Shown here one piece after another: positions 18,996-27,143 of a stretch of 42,545 nt of DNA. A model generated the notes under the pieces. The model made no database searches and had not been told where the DNA came from. It saw only the letters and a list, made by a program, of their open reading frames with translations. Source of the stretch: Candidatus Krumholzibacteriales bacterium (lineage in GTDB: Bacteria > Krumholzibacteriota > Krumholzibacteriia > Krumholzibacteriales > WJIX01); the NCBI GenBank assembly GCA_046483305.1, contig JAWODM010000032.1, positions 1 to 42,545 of the forward strand. Direction: 5' to 3'. Position numbers and translations under genes: made by a program. Numbering within the stretch: the first letter of the stretch is position 1; every line of letters begins with the position of its first letter.

Positions 18996-21986
18996 TTAAA
19001 GCTCTCTTCCGAAGTAAGCTACCAGTTTGCCCTGCGTGGCTGAAGAACGGGTGCCCACTACAATATCGGGCCTGCCGTCCTTATTGAAATCGGCCACATC
19101 TATCGAAATAATTTCCCCTGCCTCAGTTTTGTTAATTTTTGTTCCGCTGGGAGGCAGTGTCCCGTAAGCAGGCAGTACATAAATATTTCCCGTATAGAGG
19201 GATGAGGACCTGGTGCCATAGACCACATCGGGGTATATGTCATTGTTCACCCTCAGAATACCCAGACTGAGAACTTCTCCCGGCCCGTACAGGTAATCGT
19301 CGGGAAGGCGCGGCGTTGTCTCAGGTGTAAAAACATGACCCAGGGTATCCGGGACGCCGAAAACGCCCGCGGTGTTATTGTACAGCATCACCCTTCCCTG
19401 GTTATCCGCGTAGGTAACTCCCGCTATAAAGTCGTGATCTCCAAGGTCGTCCTCGTGCATATCCGTCGCCACCAGATCGTTGACCGCCCCGAACGGCTTA
19501 TACCTGGCGTACCAGTAGAAATTGCCGGTCGCGTAGTCTTTATTAAGATAAATATCTATATAACCCTCATAATCCGTAACATGGGATCCTACTACAATAT
19601 CGAGGTCTCCATCTCCGTCCACATCGAGGACCTCAACCGCCCAGATTGGAGAAAGGGGTATGGTTCCTGACGGGCCCGCGTTGGTTACGTACTGCCAGGA
19701 CATGAAGGTGGTCCCTCCCAGGCCCTGCAATACTTCAAACCCCCCGTATGTGCCTGTTGAGGATTTAAGCCCCACCACCAGGTCCACATTCCCGTCCAGG
19801 TTGAAATCGGCCATCCTGCTGTCCATCACTTCGTTGGCACCGCTGCTTAGATACTGGGCATCCGGCCCGCCGCTCAGAACTCCGCCGCTCTGGGTATACC
19901 AGAATTGTATGTTGCTTGTCAGAGACCTGTCCAGGCCGGTCATCACATCCTTGACTCCATCCAGGTTCAGGTCAATTACGTTCATGGTATTGATATTATC
20001 TCCCGCATCCCTTCTGTAGTCCGGGTCGGTATCGAAAAGTTCGCCCACCGGGGTGGTGTTATTCTCCCATTTGTTATGGAAAATCAGCATGTTGCCCATT
20101 CCCGTGCTCAATGCGGTACCGAGAATGATATCCTGGTCGATCTTGCTGTCCTCCTTCATATCGGCGGTACATACCGAGAGGACCCGCTCGGTATTGGAAA
20201 TATGAATCTCCACGAAGTCCTGCTTCTCCTGCAGGATATCCCCGAAGTTCCTTACCACGGTGGTATCCGGGGCGATTTTAATATCCACGTACTTATTGAC
20301 AGTGGTAGAAACATAACCGACCGGATCAGTCTCTATAATGGAGTAGATATCCGGCTCCAGGCTGAACCTGTAATGTCCGCTGGAATTGGTGACGGCAGTC
20401 TCACCGCTGGATGCCGTGATAAGCACATTGGCCAGGCCGTCCTCTCCCACATTGTAAACTCCGTCCTCGTTGGTATCGAGGAATACATGCCCTTCCAGCG
20501 TCCCGGTGACAAGGCCGGCAAAATCGCCGAAATTTACCACCACTGTATCGTCGGCAGCCGCTATATTCACGCTGGCGGAATTCGGGGTAGTGGATGTATA
20601 CCCGCTGAGATCGGTTTCAACGACAGTGTAACTTCCCTGTTTTGCGATGAATGAGTAGGAACCGTCATTGCCGGTAATAGTCTGCGAGCCGTCGTCAAGA
20701 GATATCTCAACACCTTCAATTCCGGGCTCCTTAAGTTCCTTCTTCCCGTTCTTATCCTTATCTTCAAAGACAATTCCCTTAATTACGCCTATCGGATTGG
20801 TTGAAATATCTCCGAAATTTATCACCTTGGTCTGTCCCGCGGAAATATCTACGGTAACCAGGTTGGAAGTTGTGGAAGTATACTGGGGAGGGTCAACCTC
20901 CTGAATGGAGTATTTCCCGGCCGGAAGGGGGAAGAAATACTGCCCGTAACCGTCGGTAATAACCTTGCGCCCCTGCCCCGCCAGCCTAATCTCCACCGAG
21001 GGAATACCCGTCTCTCCGGGGTCCTGAACTCCGTCCTTGTCCGCATCGTGATATACAATACCCCTTATCATGGAGCTGGTGAGCGACGAGTTCCTTACAT
21101 AGATTTCGGATTTCATGCTGACATCGAGAAACCCTCCGTTGGTTTCATATTGTTTGTCATATTCATCAGATTCGCTTATGGCGGTGACCTTGACCCGCCT
21201 GATCCTGTCCAGCATCACCTGGGATACAGGCGTTATGGCGGTAATCTCCGATGTCTCCAGCACACCGCTTCCGTCGGTGTCCCCCCAGAGCCGGTCCGGG
21301 GTGGCGGGATCCTCGTCGTGATCGATGTAGTACTGGAACAGTGGTTCGGGGATGGTCCAGGTCGGCGACAGATTGGGCCCCCTTACCACCGCTATCTTCG
21401 ATTCCTGCATATCGTTGCTCCCCAGAGCATCCGATCCGTACCTGTTCATCTTCAGGACAAACAGGTTCCTGTTCTCGCCGTTCTCCTCCGGGTCGTCGCC
21501 CCGGTCCCCGGAATCGATATCGCCGTCATTGTTTGAATCCAGAGTAAAAACAACCGTTTCCGCGTCCGAATCGTAATTATCGGACGGGGCATAAAGAATG
21601 TTCCCGGCAGCCGGAACAGTGTTAGGACTGCCATTAATATCTATGGACCGCAGAGGCGGGTTGCCTCCGACCGGCTGGCCGTTGTCAACGTCAGCGTTGA
21701 AAACTATCTGGTAAGGGCCGCCGTGCACTATCGGCTGCTGGCCCCTGAAATAATCCACACCGGAGCCTGCCTGCCTCAGGTAATCGGTAATGTGGTCAAG
21801 GGCTATCCTTGTATTCTGCTGGGCATCGGCGTAACCGGTGGTCCGGCCCGAAGATTTGATGAACAGGGCAAAGATTCCGGCTACCGCTATAAGAATCAAT
21901 CCCAGAACGACCAAGCTGATCATCAATTCGACCAGAGTAAAACCTGTCCGCGTATTTAACTTCTTGAAAATATTCATATTGATCAT
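18996..21986 (-). CDS. Giant PilW-like minor pilin fused to 3 SdrD B-like repeats and an FG-GAP-type beta-propeller
   Basis: TG/FTLVELMISL prepilin motif and AQQNTRIALD..LRQAG (PilW-like); three repeats G-x-V[YF]xD...NFGD; DFNLDG, DVDGDGDLD and DFNKDGRPD repeats. Start is 21986 or 21977. Confidence 0.82.
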   Translation of the reverse strand: MINMNIFKKLNTRTGFTLVELMISLVVLGLILIAVAGIFALFIKSSGRTTGYADAQQNTRIALDHITDYLRQAGSGVDYFRGQQPIVHGGPYQIVFNADVDNGQPVGGNPPLRSIDINGSPNTVPAAGNILYAPSDNYDSDAETVVFTLDSNNDGDIDSGDRGDDPEENGENRNLFVLKMNRYGSDALGSNDMQESKIAVVRGPNLSPTWTIPEPLFQYYIDHDEDPATPDRLWGDTDGSGVLETSEITAITPVSQVMLDRIRRVKVTAISESDEYDKQYETNGGFLDVSMKSEIYVRNSSLTSSMIRGIVYHDADKDGVQDPGETGIPSVEIRLAGQGRKVITDGYGQYFFPLPAGKYSIQEVDPPQYTSTTSNLVTVDISAGQTKVINFGDISTNPIGVIKGIVFEDKDKNGKKELKEPGIEGVEISLDDGSQTITGNDGSYSFIAKQGSYTVVETDLSGYTSTTPNSASVNIAAADDTVVVNFGDFAGLVTGTLEGHVFLDTNEDGVYNVGEDGLANVLITASSGETAVTNSSGHYRFSLEPDIYSIIETDPVGYVSTTVNKYVDIKIAPDTTVVRNFGDILQEKQDFVEIHISNTERVLSVCTADMKEDSKIDQDIILGTALSTGMGNMLIFHNKWENNTTPVGELFDTDPDYRRDAGDNINTMNVIDLNLDGVKDVMTGLDRSLTSNIQFWYTQSGGVLSGGPDAQYLSSGANEVMDSRMADFNLDGNVDLVVGLKSSTGTYGGFEVLQGLGGTTFMSWQYVTNAGPSGTIPLSPIWAVEVLDVDGDGDLDIVVGSHVTDYEGYIDIYLNKDYATGNFYWYARYKPFGAVNDLVATDMHEDDLGDHDFIAGVTYADNQGRVMLYNNTAGVFGVPDTLGHVFTPETTPRLPDDYLYGPGEVLSLGILRVNNDIYPDVVYGTRSSSLYTGNIYVLPAYGTLPPSGTKINKTEAGEIISIDVADFNKDGRPDIVVGTRSSATQGKLVAYFGREL

Positions 21987-22405
21987 CGCCTCGATGTAAT
22001 GTAAGTGGTAAGAGTTACAGTGCTGTCAGCGCTTTTTGCGTTAAAGCTCACCGTTACATCCAACGCCTTCATCCCGGTCAGAGGAACATCGTCAACCACA
22101 TTCCAGCTGCGGGTAAAATGCTCCTTCAGTGGATTATCCGGATCCGTATGGGTTCCGGCGGCAAGGTCGCCGTGAGAAAAAGGGACCCCCGACATTTCCT
22201 CTATCTTCTCCTGGGCCAGATTGGTCGCTATAGTAATATTTCTGGACCTGGTGGTCGAAGCATTACTGACCGGCAGAATCTGTATCGCAGCCGATATGCC
22301 GATCGCGAATATCAGCATCGCTATAATTATCTCTACCAGGCCGATACCGTCCTCGGACCTGATTATCCCTGCATTGCCCATTCTGTTTTTATTAATCGAT
22401 TTCAA
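21983..22405 (-). CDS. PilV-like minor pilin
   Basis: DG/IGLVEIIIAMLIFAIG, ATNLAQEKIEE. Confidence 0.82.
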   Translation of the reverse strand: MKSINKNRMGNAGIIRSEDGIGLVEIIIAMLIFAIGISAAIQILPVSNASTTRSRNITIATNLAQEKIEEMSGVPFSHGDLAAGTHTDPDNPLKEHFTRSWNVVDDVPLTGMKALDVTVSFNAKSADSTVTLTTYITSRR

Positions 22406-22874
22406 TGTTACCGCTTCCTCCCATAATTCTTATGTTTTTGATATTCTTTCTATTATTCCTGATTGTAATAGTGCCGCTTGCGCCTGTTTCGCCCTTGCTT
22501 CCGAAGGTAATGGTGGCAGAAGGAAGAGTATGGGCGGTGATTACGACCTGGGGGTCCATCTCCTTCGTTTCGCTCATGTACTCTCCGCTATCCCAGCCGC
22601 CGTCCCCGTCATCATCCTCAAAATAGAAATAGGAATTGGTATTCATATCAAAGGTGAAGACTACCTCCGCGTTTCTCCTTACTGCCGCAGAGCGCGCTGT
22701 TCTCAGTGTACTGGCCAGCTCCTGACTCTCCCCGTTGAGCTTCCAGGTCTGAAGGAACCCCTTGATATTGGGTATCGACAGGACCGCTATAAGCCCCAGT
22801 ATCGATATCACAATCATCAATTCTGTAAGGGTAAAACCCGCTTTTGCCCTTTTTATATTGTTGTTATCCATCAT
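22392..22874 (-). CDS. FimT/GspH-like minor pilin
   Basis: AG/FTLTELMIVISILG, LRTARSAAV, ITFGSKG. Start moved to ATG 22874 (RBS GGAG). Confidence 0.85.
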   Translation of the reverse strand: MMDNNNIKRAKAGFTLTELMIVISILGLIAVLSIPNIKGFLQTWKLNGESQELASTLRTARSAAVRRNAEVVFTFDMNTNSYFYFEDDDGDGGWDSGEYMSETKEMDPQVVITAHTLPSATITFGSKGETGASGTITIRNNRKNIKNIRIMGGSGNIEID

Positions 22875-22898
22875 ATACACTCTCCTGCTGAATTCTTG

Positions 22899-22914
22899 AG
22901 CAATTTCAATGCCA
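22899..22914 (-). promoter_or_regulatory. Sigma54 (-24/-12) promoter of the minor pilin operon
   Basis: Minus strand TGGCAT-TGAAA-TTGCT, about 25 bp upstream of the fimT-like ATG. Confidence 0.8.
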
Positions 22915-23259
22915 TCAGGGCGGCTGCCCTTATCTTCCATATTCAGCCGTAAATAGAGAAAACTCTACCCTATTAGGAGTGTTTCCAGGTTGCAAAAAGA
23001 GAGCCTGAAACGCAATTTCAGACCGTAAATCAGGTTTCTGTGGTAAAAAGGGGCAAAAACAGCCCTGCTCAAAGCATGTAATCTCTTTTTATTCGAAATC
23101 GACCAGGTCCCGGCGCCTCTTTCGATAATAAAATAATTGTTTAGATACCCCTGCTGATGTAAAGTAGTGGTCATGAAACCTGGAATTATCCGGCCCGGCC
23201 GCCGGCGAACGCTTCCTGCCCTGTCATCGGAGCCGGGTTACAGATAAAGGAAGGGGTTT

Positions 23260-24978
23260 ATGACCACAACGTTGATCCTGATAACCGGTTTTCTGCTGTA
23301 TATCCTTCTCTATTTCATCTATGGCAGGAGGCTGGAGAAGATTGTCGGAGCGGATGAATCCACACCTACCCCCGCCCACCAGTATTATGACGGGGTAGAT
23401 TACATTCCGGCCAAGAGGGAAGTACTGTTCGGCCACCATTTTGCCTCCATAGCGGGGGCTGCCCCGATTATAGGCCCGGTTCTGGCCATGGCCTGGGGCT
23501 GGGCCCCGGCAATACTATGGGTCTGGCTGGGCAATATATTCATGGGAGCGGTGCATGATTACCTGGCCGTTACCGCTTCGGTAAGATACCGGGGCAAATC
23601 GATCCAGTTCGTCGCTTCCGATCTGATTACCCGGCGCACCGGCAGGAACTTCTACTGGCTTGTTTTCTTCCTCCTGATCCTGGTGATAGCGGCATTCGGG
23701 GCGGTTATAGCCGGGATGTTCATTCACGACCCTTCGGTGGCCTCTTCCTATATCTTCATCATAGCCTCCGCTCTGATTGTGGGGGTGATGATGTACCGCC
23801 TGAAATGGAATTTTATCCTGTCAACCCTGATCGGGATCATTCTGCTCGGATTCTCCCTGTATCTGGGTATAAGGTTGCCGATCGAAATGGGCTGGAACAG
23901 CTGGATTCTGATACTGTTCTTCTATATCATCATTGCCGCTTCCATACCGGTAAATGTTCTTCTTCAGCCCCGTGATTACCTCAACTCCTACCTTCTGTAC
24001 GCGGGGCTGGTCATAGGAGCGGCAGCAGCCCTGTTCAGTTTTCATAAATTCACCGTTCCGGCATTCACCACTTTCGCCCCGGTAATTTCACACGGGAAAC
24101 CGACCCCTTTCTGGCCCGCTATTGTTCTGATAATAGCGTGCGGTTCCCTTTCCGGTTTTCATTCCCTGGTCGGTTCCGGAACCACCTCCAAGCAGATTGA
24201 CCGTGAATCCGACATTCTTCCAATCGGCTACGGAAGCATGCTGGCCGAAGGGTTTCTTTCCACCATTGTGATAATATCAATTGCCGGCTACGGTTACGGC
24301 CTGCTCAAAGCCGAGGCCGGAGCGGAGCTTACCAGCTGGGGAGCGGACTATACCCGGCTGATGATGAAACATTACCCCAAGGCGGTGATGTTCACCCATT
24401 CCTATTCCACTATGGTAAAATCGACATTCTTGAGATTCATTCCTCAGAAGATAATCACCGTCCTGGCAGGGATGTGGGTGGCTTCCTTCGCTTTGACCAC
24501 TCTGGATACGACTAACCGGCTGGCCAGATATACCATCAGTGAAATGCTCAAACCGCTGAAGGGAACATCCCCTTCGGTCTACCGCTTTCTATCCAACAAG
24601 TGGGTAGCCTCGGTAATACCGGCAGCTGTGGGGATGTGGCTGGCCTGGAGCAGGAATTTCACCATCCTGTGGCCCTCTTTCAGCACCGCCAACCAGCTGA
24701 TTGCCTCCATCACCCTTCTTACCACCACCGTCTGGCTGAAAAAGAGGGTGCGGGCGGGGAGCATGAAGATTGCCCTGGTTCCCGCGATGATAATGTGGGT
24801 AACGGTAACCGGGGCGATTATCTGGTTCGGGGCCGCGGTTCTTCCTTCAACGATTGCATCCGATCCGGCAACCGGTATCGCGGTCACACTGATTGAGTTG
24901 ATAATGTTCGTCCTGAACGGGATATTCATCTGGGATTTTATAAAGAGCTACCGGGGGTCTGAAGAAGTTGAAATTTAA
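23260..24978 (+). CDS. cstA: Carbon starvation protein A family transporter (peptide/pyruvate)
   Basis: TPAH..YDGVDYIP, FGHHFASIAGAAPIIGP, GAVHDY, IACGSLSGFHSL, FALTTLDTTNRLARY, LWPSFSTANQL. Confidence 0.93.
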   Translation: MTTTLILITGFLLYILLYFIYGRRLEKIVGADESTPTPAHQYYDGVDYIPAKREVLFGHHFASIAGAAPIIGPVLAMAWGWAPAILWVWLGNIFMGAVHDYLAVTASVRYRGKSIQFVASDLITRRTGRNFYWLVFFLLILVIAAFGAVIAGMFIHDPSVASSYIFIIASALIVGVMMYRLKWNFILSTLIGIILLGFSLYLGIRLPIEMGWNSWILILFFYIIIAASIPVNVLLQPRDYLNSYLLYAGLVIGAAAALFSFHKFTVPAFTTFAPVISHGKPTPFWPAIVLIIACGSLSGFHSLVGSGTTSKQIDRESDILPIGYGSMLAEGFLSTIVIISIAGYGYGLLKAEAGAELTSWGADYTRLMMKHYPKAVMFTHSYSTMVKSTFLRFIPQKIITVLAGMWVASFALTTLDTTNRLARYTISEMLKPLKGTSPSVYRFLSNKWVASVIPAAVGMWLAWSRNFTILWPSFSTANQLIASITLLTTTVWLKKRVRAGSMKIALVPAMIMWVTVTGAIIWFGAAVLPSTIASDPATGIAVTLIELIMFVLNGIFIWDFIKSYRGSEEVEI

Positions 24979-25249
24979 TCCGGTAAGAATTATCAGTAAC
25001 TTTCTGAAGTGGTTCGGAAGATTATCAAGGGAAAATGCCACCGGCAGTATCGAACACGAGCTTCAGGAGATGGAATTCGCCTTCGCTCAGCTGATCTTCT
25101 CCTCATTCATCGGCCTTCCCACCCTTCCCGAACCGGTAGCCCTGGAGCTGCTGCCCTGCATGGAAGATGAACTGGCAGTGCTGGAGCAGAGGGTTGCCTG
25201 CTCGGAGGAATGCCTGGCTGAGCTGTTCGGCAAACTGGGGTTCGAATAA
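24968..25249 (+). CDS. Small cstA-associated hypothetical protein
   Basis: 93 aa, TTG start overlapping the cstA stop; EHELQEMEFAFAQLIFSSFIGLP..P...LELLP. Sits between cstA and the ArsA-like gene. Confidence 0.7.
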   Translation: MKFNPVRIISNFLKWFGRLSRENATGSIEHELQEMEFAFAQLIFSSFIGLPTLPEPVALELLPCMEDELAVLEQRVACSEECLAELFGKLGFE

Positions 25250-25250
25250 G

Positions 25251-26144
25251 ATGATTAGCTATTTCTTCGCGGGAAAAGGGGGTACCGGAAAAACTACCGT
25301 GGCGGCGGGTTTCGCCATGCAGCTGGCCGCCGGAGGGCATAAGACCCTGCTGGTTTCTCTGGACCCGGCTCACAGCATCGGCGATATACTGGACCCGGCA
25401 TCAGCGGATGGAAAAGAACTCTCCGGCAACCTCACGGTCCAGGAACCTGACTTCGACCGGATAAACGAGGATTACCTGAAGCGGCAGCTGGATACCCTGA
25501 GAGAGATGAACAACCGGCTGACCGCTTTCAGCCTGGATCACCTGCTGGATACCCTGGAGTATTCTCCCGGCCAGGAGGAGTACGCGGTAATCCTTCACCT
25601 GAAAAGCGTGCTGGAAACTGAAGATGATAATTACGAATACGCGGTCTTCGATACCCCTCCCACCGGGATGATTCTGAGAATATTTTCCCTCCCTCTGCGC
25701 TCCAGAATATGGCTGGACAAACTCGCCGCCCTGCGCAGAAAGATAGTGGACCGCCGCGAGCTGATAGGAGAGATCAGGAAGAAGGAACAGGCGGAGGATT
25801 ACTACAGAAAAGATCCGGTCCTGGATAAACTGAAGGAGCTGTCTTCTGAATACTCAGCCCTGGAGGAATTCTTCAGGGATAGGGCCCGCGTATATCTGGT
25901 CCTGAACAATGACCGGCTCGCCCTGGCGGAATCGGCGAGGCTGAAACAGAAACTGGAAAGGATGGGCATCCGGCTCTCCGGGATAATAAACAACAAATTC
26001 AGAGAGTCGGAGAGCACCGCGCTGCTGGAATCAACCGGTTTCGATCCCGGTGAGATGATCCAGGTCCCGGAGCTGAAAGCAGACCGGGCGGGCAGATATT
26101 CGCTTCCGCAGAACCTTTCCGAAGAGCTGATCGGTAATGGATAA
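25251..26144 (+). CDS. ArsA/Get3-family ATPase, single domain, no cysteines
   Basis: GKGGTGKTT, SLDPAHS, SPGQEE, FDTPPTG, IINNK. Start moved to ATG 25251. Confidence 0.9.
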   Translation: MISYFFAGKGGTGKTTVAAGFAMQLAAGGHKTLLVSLDPAHSIGDILDPASADGKELSGNLTVQEPDFDRINEDYLKRQLDTLREMNNRLTAFSLDHLLDTLEYSPGQEEYAVILHLKSVLETEDDNYEYAVFDTPPTGMILRIFSLPLRSRIWLDKLAALRRKIVDRRELIGEIRKKEQAEDYYRKDPVLDKLKELSSEYSALEEFFRDRARVYLVLNNDRLALAESARLKQKLERMGIRLSGIINNKFRESESTALLESTGFDPGEMIQVPELKADRAGRYSLPQNLSEELIGNG

Positions 26145-26757
26145 CGCTTTATATATTAATATTTTTATACTGATATCCATCACTCTGACAGCAGGTTACT
26201 TCTTCGGCAGGAAAAAGAACCGGGCTATAGCCGCTTCCTCCATCAATACACTCTTGAAAATACTGAAACCGGAACGGCAGGAGATCACCAACATCGGGGG
26301 ACTGGTTGGATATCATCTGCGGATGTGGTTCAACGGGGAGAAGGTGGAAAAGGCGCAGGGTACCATTACCCTTCTCCCCCGGCATTCTCTTCTTTACCTT
26401 CCCATATCGAGGGGTTTCCGGGGATTCGACAGATTCTTCATAACCATCAGCCTCAACACTCTCCCGGTGAGAAAAGGGGCCCGCCTGTTCGAGAAGCGTT
26501 TCTATCATAAGTACAGAGAAGACGAGGGGATAGGGATGCAGGTTGAAAGTATCTCCCGGGGGCGCCGCGAATTCCTGCTCTTTTACGAAAACGGCCGTGA
26601 GCTGAGCTTTCTTCGTGATCTCCTCTCAGGAATCGAAAACCCTGCTAAGCTCAAGGAAGTTTCGATTCGACCTGAAAAAGGTATGATAGAGATACTGGTA
26701 GTCCCCTCCGCCGGCGATAACCGGGTTCTTGAGTCAATCATAAGGGCCGTTCTCTAA
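26137..26757 (+). CDS. Membrane-anchored hypothetical protein (possible CCDC47/DUF1682-like)
   Basis: Single N-terminal TM followed by GYFFGRKKNRAIA, and ITLLPRHSLL...DRFFITI. Overlaps the ATPase stop. Confidence 0.65.
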   Translation: MDNALYINIFILISITLTAGYFFGRKKNRAIAASSINTLLKILKPERQEITNIGGLVGYHLRMWFNGEKVEKAQGTITLLPRHSLLYLPISRGFRGFDRFFITISLNTLPVRKGARLFEKRFYHKYREDEGIGMQVESISRGRREFLLFYENGRELSFLRDLLSGIENPAKLKEVSIRPEKGMIEILVVPSAGDNRVLESIIRAVL

Positions 26758-27076
26758 ATCAGGGCTTCCCCTGGAAATCCGCCTGCCATTTTGCTGAACT
26801 CATGGTTATCAATTTCTTATTAAAATGATCAAATACAATAGGGCTTTCCTTACCAATCAGGAGGCTGATTGATTAATTCAAAACCCTCCGGAGGGCGAGC
26901 GGGCATGGATTTCTGACCCGCAGGGTCAGAAAGAGCGAGCCCGAGGCGGGAGCGGCGATTTCCTCGCCGGGGAAATCGACCGCGGTTTTGAAATAATCAA
27001 TCAGCCTCAGATTACATGAAGCAGTCAACCATCTGCCCTGTCCCGAAAATTGCGGCTGCCGGCCGTTCTCTAAATC
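26745..27076. repeat. 16-bp direct repeat pair GGCCGTTCTCTAAATC
   Basis: Identical copies at 26745-26760 and 27061-27076 enclosing 300 bp. Confidence 0.85.
26861..27008. mobile_element. MITE-like 148-bp inverted-repeat element
   Basis: 25-bp terminal inverted repeats (24/25 match; GAGGCTGATTGATTAATTCAAAACC), three internal hairpins, AG on both flanks, no ORF. Confidence 0.65.
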
Positions 27077-27078
27077 TT

Positions 27079-27107
27079 TTGACTATGCCGGGACTGTACT
27101 ATAGAAT
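27079..27107 (+). promoter_or_regulatory. Sigma70 promoter of the glycosyltransferase gene
   Basis: TTGACT-N17-TAGAAT. Confidence 0.7.
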
Positions 27108-27143
27108 ATTTCAGGCAGAGTCGCTGAATTAAAGAATCATACA

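Noticed and set aside
25251..26144. Arsenic resistance operon
   Set aside because: The ATPase has no Cys, and no arsB, acr3, arsC, arsR or arsD is present.
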